Positions 49,516 through 58,805 of a DNA stretch of 64,000 nt are shown here, in pieces (position 1 is the first letter of the stretch; every line of letters starts with the position of its first letter). The notes beneath the pieces are model-generated. The model was not told the DNA's origin and made no database searches. It worked only from the letters and a program-made list of their open reading frames with translations. The translations under genes were made by a program, and so were the position numbers. Source of the stretch: Candidatus Hermodarchaeota archaeon (GTDB lineage Archaea; Asgardarchaeota; Lokiarchaeia; Sigyniarchaeales; SOKP01); the NCBI GenBank assembly GCA_048885525.1, contig JBHLLP010000007.1, positions 32,001 through 96,000 on the forward strand, written 5' to 3'.

Positions 49516-50208
49516 TTAGGGATTTAAGCTCGAGGGATCTGCAATCTTTTTGTCAATAGGAGCTTCACCATCCCCATATATATGATATAATCCGATTCTT
49601 CTTGCTATCTCATAAAAACTGCGATAAATATCTTTCTCTTTGTCTAATAATGCACAAGTTTTATAGATTAAAGGATTCCATATATATAAATCATGTCCAG
49701 GTTCATACCACAAATCTTCTTGTTTTAGTATTTGGATAAAATCATTCTCGTCAATTACATTTTTAAGATCTTGTTTATTTAGCATAACTATAATCGGGAT
49801 TTCTTTAATGAGCTTATCGTTTGTTATTTTTTTTAATTCTAATAGGAATTCAATATTATCTTCAAAAAATTTTATTTGAGAATCAACTACAAAAATAACT
49901 GCATCTGTTTCGGCATCAAGTTTACCAAACACTTTAATACGCAACGGAGCGAATGCCTTTTGCCCTGCAACTGTATATACTCTATAAAATACTGTCGTCT
50001 TCTTCTTTGATTGAAAAAGCCCTCTATCAAAATAAAGCGTGGCACCGCTTGCTCTATCAATTTTTTGTAGTTCATGTACCGGCATAATTTCTCTTTTGCC
50101 CTCTTTTGTTAGTTGGTAGAGAGTTTCCAATATAGTAGTTTTTCCTGATTTTGCCATACCATAATACACAATTTTCAGATAAATATTTCCATCTTTATAT
50201 TGAACCAT
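49516..50208 (-). CDS. MglA-like small GTPase (Ras/Arf superfamily)
   Basis: LKIVYYGMAKSGKTT (G1), TLYFD (G2), YTVAGQ (G3), NKQD (G4), TCA (G5). Confidence 0.88.
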   Translation of the reverse strand: MVQYKDGNIYLKIVYYGMAKSGKTTILETLYQLTKEGKREIMPVHELQKIDRASGATLYFDRGLFQSKKKTTVFYRVYTVAGQKAFAPLRIKVFGKLDAETDAVIFVVDSQIKFFEDNIEFLLELKKITNDKLIKEIPIIVMLNKQDLKNVIDENDFIQILKQEDLWYEPGHDLYIWNPLIYKTCALLDKEKDIYRSFYEIARRIGLYHIYGDGEAPIDKKIADPSSLNP

Positions 50209-50401
50209 AGAAGTATCTCCAGAGTATGAATGAAATTCTTTTTCAAATAAATATGATTAATATAAAATAAAATAATTTTCAGAATTAAAGATATTGCATC
50301 TAAAAAATTATTTTTAAGAATACAATCATTTTTTTACAATGAATAATGATTCTCTCTTAGGAAAAGAAGTTCAGTAATAAAACGCTAAAAAACAAGAAAT
50401 C

Positions 50402-50920
50402 ATGGATGAATACACGGATACAGATTGGAATTGGGAATTTTATCAAGAATTGGTTGATGACGTAGATGAAAATAAAAATATCATTCAATGTTTCAATTGT
50501 GGCAAGTGTGTAGGAGATTGTCCCGCTACAAAAGTTTCTGATTTCAACATAAGAAAAATTATTACAAAAGTCCTTCGAGGAGATAAAAGTGTTTTGAAGG
50601 ATTCAGATATTTGGCATTGTTATCTATGCGAAAGATGTAAAAGAGTTTGCCCAAAAGACAATATTAATATCCCCCTACTTATCATTAATTTAAGAAATGA
50701 AAGTTTTAAAAAAGGTTATGGCCCTCGTTATAATGATCTACGAAAATACGTAGAGATGTCAGAGAGATTTTTAACAAACGGAACTGTGTTGGAAGATCCA
50801 TTGGATGGTGGGTTACCTCCAGAACGTATGGAAGAATTAAATGAAATTTGTAATTTTGCTCGAATAAAATATGTATTCAAAGCAAGTAAAAATAAAAGTA
50901 AAGGAAAAAAGAAAAAATAA
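50402..50920 (+). CDS. hdrC: Heterodisulfide reductase subunit C-like
   Basis: CFNCGKCVGDCP and IWHCYLCERCKRVCP; directly upstream of hdrB. Confidence 0.85.
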   Translation: MDEYTDTDWNWEFYQELVDDVDENKNIIQCFNCGKCVGDCPATKVSDFNIRKIITKVLRGDKSVLKDSDIWHCYLCERCKRVCPKDNINIPLLIINLRNESFKKGYGPRYNDLRKYVEMSERFLTNGTVLEDPLDGGLPPERMEELNEICNFARIKYVFKASKNKSKGKKKK

Positions 50921-50941
50921 TAATAATTACTCTTCAGATCA

Positions 50942-51955
50942 ATGGATTCAGTCAATTTAACATTAAATTTAGATGAAATAGAAAGGAGTTATCCAGAAAA
51001 TCCTTTAGATTATTTTAAAGATAAAAAATTATGCCTTTTCAAAGCTTGTCTTGAAAAATATTTTCCTGGAGTAAGATGGGGAATTCAGGACCTTCTAGAA
51101 GAACTACAATTAAATGTAACATTGTGTATGAATCAATCATGCTGTTCTGGTACTTTTTTCCAAAGAAATTTGATTACTAGGGCTCAGTTTGCTGCTATTA
51201 ATGAAAGGAATTTAAGTGAAATGAATCAATTAGCTGATATCGTGTTTTTTAGTTGTAATGGGTGTTATAATAGTCTTTTAAGGGGACGAGAATTTTTAAA
51301 AATCCCTGAAGTGAAGCAAAAAACTAATGAAATCCTAAAAAACCTAGAAAAGAAAAAAATTGGTAAAAATTATCCAAATAAATATAAAATTCTTGAAGAT
51401 TTTAATCTCAAGTTAATCCATGACTTAGATTTTTTATATCTAATTCGAAATGATGTTCTTAATTCTTTAAAATTTGATTTGAAAGATCTCAAAGTTGCTA
51501 TTCATTATGGATGTCATTATCTAAATCTATCAAGAGATAAAAGATATATTGAAGATTATATAAGAGATAAAACTAAATTAGATGAACTAATCACTCTTTT
51601 TGGTGGTATTCCTGTTGATTATCAAGAAAGAGAAAGCTGTTGTGGGTGGGGTGCTTCACAATTATTAATTAACCCTAAAGAAGCACTTAAAATTACATAT
51701 AATAAATTGAAAAGCGCTGAATCTGTTGGTGCTGATTTTTTAGTGACTCCATGCCCAACATGTCTATATACTCTAAGCAAACCTGAATATAGGGAGAAAA
51801 TGTATAAATGGTATGGTAATAAGCTAGATCTTCCTACTATTCATTTAAATGAATTAATTGCTATACTACGTGGATGTGAAGAAGAACGATGTATTACTCT
51901 TCGACGAAAAACTCCTCGTTTAGATGAGATTTTTGAAATCATAACAAAAGAGTAA
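50942..51955 (+). CDS. hdrB: Heterodisulfide reductase subunit B-like (CCG domains)
   Basis: QSCCSG..CNGC and HYGCH..CCGWG..PCPTC. Confidence 0.87.
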   Translation: MDSVNLTLNLDEIERSYPENPLDYFKDKKLCLFKACLEKYFPGVRWGIQDLLEELQLNVTLCMNQSCCSGTFFQRNLITRAQFAAINERNLSEMNQLADIVFFSCNGCYNSLLRGREFLKIPEVKQKTNEILKNLEKKKIGKNYPNKYKILEDFNLKLIHDLDFLYLIRNDVLNSLKFDLKDLKVAIHYGCHYLNLSRDKRYIEDYIRDKTKLDELITLFGGIPVDYQERESCCGWGASQLLINPKEALKITYNKLKSAESVGADFLVTPCPTCLYTLSKPEYREKMYKWYGNKLDLPTIHLNELIAILRGCEEERCITLRRKTPRLDEIFEIITKE

Positions 51956-51989
51956 TTAATATAAAAATTATCTTAACTTCTTAAAATTT

Positions 51990-52391
51990 TTACATCTCTT
52001 CAATTGCACATCTAGGACAAGAGTCCAAACATAACAAACAACCGATACATTTTTCATAATAAAACTTTAGTCTTTCTTCTTGATCCAAGGATAAAGCATC
52101 AGTAGGACATAATGAAATGCAAGCGCCACAGTCAATGCATTTATCATCATCAATAAATACTCGACCCTTCTTATTAACTATAATATTGTTTTTCCTTAAA
52201 GACTCAGTAATTGTTTTTATTTTGTCTTCTGGAATATCTATTAATAAATTAATTCCATTAGTTCCCGTTGAAAATTTGAGAATGTTTAATGTGATATCAT
52301 ATTTTAATATTTCATTTATGAATCTTGAATAATCACTAATATCTTTTATTACACCAAAAGGCAATGTAACATTAATTATTGTCACTTTCAC
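51990..52391 (-). CDS. NIL-domain ferredoxin (iron-sulfur partner of aspartate-semialdehyde sulfurtransferase)
   Basis: N-terminal NIL-like domain plus CIDCGACISLCP and CIGCLLCLDSCP; overlaps the upstream gene by 4 nt. Confidence 0.85.
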   Translation of the reverse strand: MKVTIINVTLPFGVIKDISDYSRFINEILKYDITLNILKFSTGTNGINLLIDIPEDKIKTITESLRKNNIIVNKKGRVFIDDDKCIDCGACISLCPTDALSLDQEERLKFYYEKCIGCLLCLDSCPRCAIEEM

Positions 52392-53860
52392 ATCAACTCC
52401 TCACTAGTTATTATCCCTACTACTTTATTATTCTCATCAACCACAGGTAAAGCTGAAATTTCATTTAATTTCATTTTTCGGGCTGCAACATCAATAGGTT
52501 CATTATCAGTAGTTAAGATAACTTTTTTGGTGATAATTTCGTTTAAATCAGTTTTATCTTCTGCTATTGCTTTTGTAACATCAAAGCTAGTCACAATTCC
52601 TTTAAGATTCTTTTCTCTGTCTGTTATTATGATATGATTCATATTTTGATTAATTATTTGTTTTGCGACTGTTTTTAAATCAGAATCATCAAAACAAATT
52701 ACTGCATCTCTTTTTAATTCTTTCACAAACTGTAATTTCGAAGTTTGTTTCATTGGTTTAAAAATTGTATCAGTAGGTAATGTTTCAGCTGGAGGATTTA
52801 ATAAAAATTCACCATCCATAATCCATTTTTTAAGTAGTTTTGCAACTTTACGTGCATAAAATACAGAAGAAAGTGAGGAACATTTTATTTTTTTACCTTC
52901 TAATTCGATATATCCACTCTTCAATTCCTTATAACTTACTTGTTTAAGTTTTGGTTTATCTCTTCTAGGGATTCCATAATCTATTACATCAGTTAAAATC
53001 TCTTCGTCTCTAATCGCAGTTTTTCTTACTAAACCTTCATTTAATATTGGAATTGGAATACCTATACCCACGAACATTGAGGTACCATATTTTTCATAAA
53101 TTACACCACGTAAAAACTCTGGATTCATTTGCTTCAAATCTCCTTTCACAAAAAGTGTTCCAAATCTGTTCTTAGGGTTGTGTTGAGTCCCTTCTCCCAT
53201 AATATATCCAATGCCTCCACCCAAAAAGATTCTTGTACCGATTCCGATGGTTTCATAATCGGGGTCATTACTTAAAGGATTTAAACACCCAGATCCAGCA
53301 TAATGTGCATTTCCATAATGAGGTAATAACTTTCCCATATATGTATATAACGTTTTGTCAGAACTGTTTACGGCACATATATACCTCTGATATGCATTCC
53401 TAGGATTACATAATATTGCTTGGTTTATGTCATCAATTGTAAATTCAGTATCAATTTCTGCTAATGGATAACAATCTGTTGTATAAGAATTACCTTTCAT
53501 TCTTATGGGTTTCCAAGAAACAAGATCCTCGATAATATGTCCTCCACCATATTCATATGGGCGTACATCAGACATTCTGGTGCAACCTATATAACAATCC
53601 ACAGCAGCATTCCCATGGTATGCTTTAACATCATTTAACCACAAATGTTCAAATTTTATTGGAGGATCAGAGTGACCAAAATTCAAGAATGCTCCACTTG
53701 AACACATAGGACCAAAAGTACCAGTAGTGACAACATCAACCTCTTCAGCTGCTACAGTGATCCCTTTATCCTCCACAATCTTTATCATTTCTTCTGCTGT
53801 AACCACCACACAATTACCATTCTTTATTTTTTCATTAATCTCTTCATAATTTTTCGTCAA
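52388..53860 (-). CDS. L-aspartate semialdehyde sulfurtransferase (homocysteine biosynthesis; DUF39 + CBS pair)
   Basis: VDVVTTGTFGPMCSSGAFLNFGHSDPP, GGGHIIEDL, TDCYP, NPRNAYQ, IGIGTRIFLGG; C-terminal CBS pair. Confidence 0.9.
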   Translation of the reverse strand: MTKNYEEINEKIKNGNCVVVTAEEMIKIVEDKGITVAAEEVDVVTTGTFGPMCSSGAFLNFGHSDPPIKFEHLWLNDVKAYHGNAAVDCYIGCTRMSDVRPYEYGGGHIIEDLVSWKPIRMKGNSYTTDCYPLAEIDTEFTIDDINQAILCNPRNAYQRYICAVNSSDKTLYTYMGKLLPHYGNAHYAGSGCLNPLSNDPDYETIGIGTRIFLGGGIGYIMGEGTQHNPKNRFGTLFVKGDLKQMNPEFLRGVIYEKYGTSMFVGIGIPIPILNEGLVRKTAIRDEEILTDVIDYGIPRRDKPKLKQVSYKELKSGYIELEGKKIKCSSLSSVFYARKVAKLLKKWIMDGEFLLNPPAETLPTDTIFKPMKQTSKLQFVKELKRDAVICFDDSDLKTVAKQIINQNMNHIIITDREKNLKGIVTSFDVTKAIAEDKTDLNEIITKKVILTTDNEPIDVAARKMKLNEISALPVVDENNKVVGIITSEELM

Positions 53861-54045
53861 ATTAACACCTATAGTTTGCTTTTAACGGTTATTATTCCTT
53901 ATTAATAAGTAAAAAATATGCACAATTTATAATATTTAACCCATCAAATATTCATTAAATGCATATTATATGCACTTAAATAATAACCCGCTTTTATCAA
54001 AAATTAAGAATAGAAATTAGAAAGAATTTATTTTATCTCTCAATT

Positions 54046-56019
54046 TTATGAATTTAATGGAATGGTTTTATCCATAAATATCTCTTTTATTAAAGGTTTA
54101 AGTAATGGGATATCCTTAAATTGGATCTCCTTATTAACCTGATTAAAGTTATTAAAAGTTTGCCAAATATCCTCATCGTTCTGTATTTTATCTAGAAAAC
54201 AACTAATCCTCTTCTGAGCTAGATATGACTGCCCCTTGAATACATAACACATATAAAAGGGTGACACGGAGTTCATCAAGAGCGTATGTTCACCAAAAAT
54301 CGCACGATCCAATCCTTCAGAGAATTTTTCATTAATAAAAGAATTAATAGCAGTAAAAAATCCTCCAAAAAGATGGTCTTCAAATGATTGATCCTCGATG
54401 AATGATTGTGAGAATATTGGTCTCCCCCCCTCTGTTACGATTAAAAGAAGCACAGGTTCTTCATCTGAAAGTTCAGGGACTTCTACTGCTCTATTTTGGA
54501 TCATATTCTCTATTTGTTCATTTAATTGAGCAAATTCCATACGTTCTTTTAATGAAGAACTTGAATCTTTTAAGTTCTCCCATATAGTTACCTGTTTAAG
54601 AAGTACATCATGTTCATGGGAAATTTTCCTTGCTATTAGGGTAAGGCCATATTTTTCAGCAATTTTCTGTCCTTGAGCCAAAAATCGCTGAGCCTTCTTA
54701 ATATCAAAGCTTAATAGTGATAGTCTGGCTTGCAATAGGTAAGTTTCGCATAGAATCGAGTATGAGTTAGATTTTTCGGCAATATCTAATAATCGAGTAA
54801 TAAGAGGGTTGATCTCTTCCAACACTTTTAAGTCATTAGTCATCCGTAACTCAATTAAGAGCAATTCACACAAGTTAGGCAGTGCTTTTAAAATAAGTTC
54901 AAAATCTGAATCCTCATCTTCGAGGAGTTGCTTTAATATTCCTTCAGCTTCAGCCTTATTATGGATTCGCGAACTCTTTTTCAATATCAAAGCTTTATTT
55001 AAAAGATACATTGAATTAAGTTTTTTATCTTTCAATTGATTGTTTAATTGCTCCAAATCGTATAGATATTGCTGAGCCCGTTCAAGATCTCCCCTTTCTA
55101 TTAATATTTGAATTAAAAAATCGTGAACATTAGCTATATATCTTAAATTTCCTGATTCTTCATGTAGTGCCAAAGCTTGTTCTATGCACTCTAAAGCACG
55201 ATCTAATTCTCCTCTCTGTCTATAAGCTTCCCCCAAAGAGTTAAGAATCCGTGCTACCATATGTTTATTGTTAAGGCCATTGAAAATTGTCAAGCCCTGC
55301 TCATAAAGCATAATACCACGATCTAAATCACCTTTAACAAGAGGTACAACTGCCATACCACCAAAACAATTTCCAATACACCATTTATTACCACTTTCAT
55401 TGGCAAGAGCTATACCTTGCTCCACATATTTTAAAGCACTGTCAAAATCGACTTTTAAAAAAACAAGAACCCAGACAATTCCTATAAGGGAAAGGACAAT
55501 TTCCCGTTTAGCACCAAACTCTTCTTGCAATGATATACTATGCTTAAAGTTCTTTAATGCCCGATCTGCATCCCTTACATTGAAGTAATCCCATCCTTTA
55601 AGATAAGCTATATAAGCCTCTCTTTGCTTGTAATCTGCCGGTAATTCTCGTGTTAAGTTTTTTAACAGTTCTTCCCCCTGCTTAATTATATCGTGAATTT
55701 TATCTAATTGACCAAGCCATATTAATGCCCAAGCCTTCCATATTAAAGCATCAACAGATAGGAGGTTTTTTCCTAATCCTAAACTCTCTTTATATGTTTG
55801 TTCGGCAAGCTTGACAACATTTTCATGTAAACCTCTCAAATGTAAGAGTTCACACTCTAGAAGATGGCATAAAACTATATCATGAAGAGTATGTCTTCCC
55901 CTTTCCTCAAAATTCTTAATTAATTGGTCCGCTTCATCATACTTACATTCGTCAATGAGTTGTTTTGCTCGAATTAATTCCTCAGGTTTGTCTTTTGTTA
56001 AGACTATTTTTTCGTTCAT
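54046..56019 (-). CDS. TPR-repeat protein with a C-terminal longin-like domain
   Basis: Multiple TPRs (e.g. ARILNSLGEAYRQRGELDRALECIEQAL); C-terminal PVLLLIVTEGGRPIFSQSF..LFGGFFTAINSF. Confidence 0.82.
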   Translation of the reverse strand: MNEKIVLTKDKPEELIRAKQLIDECKYDEADQLIKNFEERGRHTLHDIVLCHLLECELLHLRGLHENVVKLAEQTYKESLGLGKNLLSVDALIWKAWALIWLGQLDKIHDIIKQGEELLKNLTRELPADYKQREAYIAYLKGWDYFNVRDADRALKNFKHSISLQEEFGAKREIVLSLIGIVWVLVFLKVDFDSALKYVEQGIALANESGNKWCIGNCFGGMAVVPLVKGDLDRGIMLYEQGLTIFNGLNNKHMVARILNSLGEAYRQRGELDRALECIEQALALHEESGNLRYIANVHDFLIQILIERGDLERAQQYLYDLEQLNNQLKDKKLNSMYLLNKALILKKSSRIHNKAEAEGILKQLLEDEDSDFELILKALPNLCELLLIELRMTNDLKVLEEINPLITRLLDIAEKSNSYSILCETYLLQARLSLLSFDIKKAQRFLAQGQKIAEKYGLTLIARKISHEHDVLLKQVTIWENLKDSSSSLKERMEFAQLNEQIENMIQNRAVEVPELSDEEPVLLLIVTEGGRPIFSQSFIEDQSFEDHLFGGFFTAINSFINEKFSEGLDRAIFGEHTLLMNSVSPFYMCYVFKGQSYLAQKRISCFLDKIQNDEDIWQTFNNFNQVNKEIQFKDIPLLKPLIKEIFMDKTIPLNS

Positions 56020-56207
56020 GGAAAATATTAGGTCTAGAATACCATTATTCGAATATAATATACAATATGATAAAATATTATATTAATCTACTTAGACAGT
56101 AATGATACAACAAGAATCAAAGAAATGATTTAAAAAGAAACAATAGAAGTTTGGAATGATTTAAATTCTTATTATGTTTTCTACAATTACATGATTTAGA
56201 AATTGAA

Positions 56208-57131
56208 TTGACTATGGTACAAAAAAATCCTAAGAACGCCTCATCCAATCGGAGTTTAATTGCCATATTCCTATTGATTCTTACCACAGTCCTCTGGGGG
56301 ACATCTTTCATTCTCACAAAAAATATAACTCAAGATGTACCAATTTTTATTTATATAGGGTTAAGATTCGCAATTGCATTATTAGGATTTGCACCATGCT
56401 ACCCTTATTTAAGAAAACTTAACAAAAAGATATGTTTAATGAGTCTTGTGACTGGAATGCTTTACTATATCGGTTTAGCTGTTCAAACATATGGACTTCA
56501 AACAACAACAGCAGGAAAAGCAGGTTTCATTACCGGATTAAGTGCTATTGTTGTCCCCTTTATTGCATGGATTGGCTTTAAAAAACCTTTAAGTAAAAGA
56601 ATTTGGGTCGCTGTAATCTTATCTGTATTAGGAATGGCTTTTTTATTATTAGAGGGTGAATCAGGAATAATTGTTGGGGATTTAATAGTACTAATCAGTG
56701 CTTTTATTTGGGCTTTTTATATCATTTATAATGACAAATTTGTTCGACTTACAGATATTTATTCTTATTCAATTATTCAAATTATTGTGGTTTCCTCTGC
56801 AAGTTTTATCACTTCATTTATAATACAAGAATCTTATGTATTATTATCATTTCCTCCAACTTTTTGGTATATAATGATTTATCTGGGAATTGGCGTTATG
56901 ACATTAACGATTTTTTTTCAAAATTGGAGTCAACAATATCAAGGACCTACTCAAACTGCAATAATTTTTACTCTTGAACCTGTTTTCGCAGCATTATTTG
57001 GATTTCTCATTGGCAAAGAAATCCTTTCAGTATATGCCTGGATTGGTTGTGGATTAATATTTATTGCAATTCTTTTAACAGTTATAAAATCTACAAATAA
57101 TAAGGAACAAAATAATTTAAATCTACATTAA
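56208..57131 (+). CDS. EamA/DMT family transporter
   Basis: LWGTSF, RF, GLQTTTAGKAGFITG, GD, TLEPVFAALFG; ten TM helices. Confidence 0.9.
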   Translation: MTMVQKNPKNASSNRSLIAIFLLILTTVLWGTSFILTKNITQDVPIFIYIGLRFAIALLGFAPCYPYLRKLNKKICLMSLVTGMLYYIGLAVQTYGLQTTTAGKAGFITGLSAIVVPFIAWIGFKKPLSKRIWVAVILSVLGMAFLLLEGESGIIVGDLIVLISAFIWAFYIIYNDKFVRLTDIYSYSIIQIIVVSSASFITSFIIQESYVLLSFPPTFWYIMIYLGIGVMTLTIFFQNWSQQYQGPTQTAIIFTLEPVFAALFGFLIGKEILSVYAWIGCGLIFIAILLTVIKSTNNKEQNNLNLH

Positions 57132-57141
57132 GTATTCTATA

Positions 57142-57165
57142 GGGTGTAAATTTTCATAAACACCC
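57142..57165 (+). terminator. Short GC-rich hairpin after the EamA gene
   Basis: GGGTGT (57142-47) / ACACCC (57160-65), 10 nt after the stop and followed by cattttt-like T tract. Confidence 0.3.
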
Positions 57166-57338
57166 CATTTTGAGATATCTTAGACTTAATTCGTACTCAA
57201 TTCCATAAAATTTTTACTTAACGATTTATTTAAATAAATATATCTTTATATTATAAATAAGGGTTGTTTTATTAGCTAAGTGCTAAATTTGTCATTTGAA
57301 CCTTTAGATAGAAAAGTTATACATAAGTGAGATAATAC

Positions 57339-57497
57339 ATGTCCGCACATAAATTAAAACCAAAAGATTTAACTTTATGTGAAAAGTGCGGGAATGTTAT
57401 GGTAAACAGAAGGATACGGAACAATAACTCAAGTGAAGTTACATTTCAAAAGGTTTTGCAATGTATCGTATGCCGATATTGGATTGCTCAAGATTAA
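57339..57497 (+). CDS. 52-aa zinc-finger microprotein
   Basis: Not in the track. MSAHKLKPKDLTLCEKCGNVMVNRRIRNNNSSEVTFQKVLQCIVCRYWIAQD*, with two CxxC pairs. Confidence 0.75.
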   Translation: MSAHKLKPKDLTLCEKCGNVMVNRRIRNNNSSEVTFQKVLQCIVCRYWIAQD

Positions 57498-57547
57498 GCT
57501 TTTTATTAATTATGATGTCCTCTAATATTATAAATATTATTAATCCT

Positions 57548-57711
57548 CTCTTTAACTTATTTCAATTTTCCTTAAAATTAAGTTAAAGGGAAGGTAAGGG
57601 AAAAGAAATTTGCGTCAAATTTTAAAATCAGGGAGAGAATTAAACTCTAATGAGTCTAATAGAGGGCGAAATCCAATGTTTACACAAATTTTCTTATAGA
57701 TTCCCTTACTT
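57548..57711. ncRNA. Candidate structured non-coding element (two adjacent hairpins)
   Basis: CTCTTTAACTTA(57548-59)/TAAGTTAAAGGG(57579-90) and GTAAGGGAA(57594-602)/TTCCCTTAC(57701-09), the latter extended by AAGAAATTTG/CAAATTTTCTT. I found no convincing ORF here. TATA-like TTTATATAAA at 57730-39. Confidence 0.4.
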
Positions 57712-57883
57712 ACATAATTACTAGACTTCTTTATATAAAAACAATCGTATTATAATTTATTTATGTTATGATAGCCAGTACAAGTTTTAATAATACAATT
57801 GGGTAACAAATTGAAATTTTTGTCCAAAATCTTTAATACTATTTTTTATAACTAGGTAAAAACATTTAAGCATAAAAATTATT

Positions 57884-58699
57884 TTATTTCAAAAGTTCTG
57901 TAATCTTTAATTTTAGTCCATCTTCAGCAGCAATGATATTCCTAATATTAGTACTTTCTTGAAGTTTTTTTACTTGGCTAGGGACATGATTTTTTGTCGA
58001 CTTAGGGCTATCCATAAATGACCCAAAATGAGTAATAATAAGACTATCTAAAGGAGGCTCAAACTTATTTAGATAGGGTATAACTTCATCAGTACAGAGA
58101 TGTCTTCTACATACGATTGAGTCTGGTCGTAGAAGGTTAAGAATTAAAATATTACAACCAGAAAATTGTTCAGAAAAACCATTATATACTAATGTATCAC
58201 TTGTAAAAGCCAGTTGATAATCATTAAGCTTAAATTTTATACCAAATCCTTCATTTTTAGAAGAATGAACGGTTTTGGTTCCAAATATTCCTACACCTTT
58301 ATAATTAAATGAATCTCCCGCTCTAAATTTTACAATTTCATCGAGCATGTTTAGATGATACTCAGAAATGTATTTCAAGACTTCATTTGAAGTGATTAAT
58401 GTACCTTTTTTATAGTAATTATAGTTTCTATCATGGAGGATTTCTCGTGAACTTTCAATTATAGCACTTAAATCACTATAATGATCAACATGTGCATGAG
58501 TTACAATAAATAATTCTGTTTTTACAGGGTCTTCTTCAAATTGGTTAATTCGTACAATTGCTCCTGGTCCTGGATCTATATGAGATTGAATGCCATTGAA
58601 TTTATAAATAATTCCTCCTGTAGCTCTATATTGAGTTCTAATATGGTGTCGTCCACCTCCAGATCCGAGGATTACCAGTTCATCAGTTCTATTAACCAT
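57884..58699 (-). CDS. Metallo-beta-lactamase-fold hydrolase (PhnP/RNase Z-like, archaeal type)
   Basis: ILGSGGGR, RATGG, HIDPGPGA, THAHVDH, TSDT, RHL, THFG. Confidence 0.85.
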   Translation of the reverse strand: MVNRTDELVILGSGGGRHHIRTQYRATGGIIYKFNGIQSHIDPGPGAIVRINQFEEDPVKTELFIVTHAHVDHYSDLSAIIESSREILHDRNYNYYKKGTLITSNEVLKYISEYHLNMLDEIVKFRAGDSFNYKGVGIFGTKTVHSSKNEGFGIKFKLNDYQLAFTSDTLVYNGFSEQFSGCNILILNLLRPDSIVCRRHLCTDEVIPYLNKFEPPLDSLIITHFGSFMDSPKSTKNHVPSQVKKLQESTNIRNIIAAEDGLKLKITELLK

Positions 58700-58805
58700 T
58701 TTTATAATAAAAGAATTTTAAGATATAATTTTTCATGTTTGAATGGGTATATATTAAGTGATAAATATAAGAACACTTATTTATTTTAATACGATAATGT
58801 AGATC

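Noticed and set aside
57640-57675. Hammerhead-ribozyme-like core (CTAATGAG...GGCGAAA)
   Set aside because: The core reads CUAAUGA instead of CUGANGA, and no NUH cleavage triplet with a proper stem III can be formed. Kept only as a generic structured-RNA candidate.
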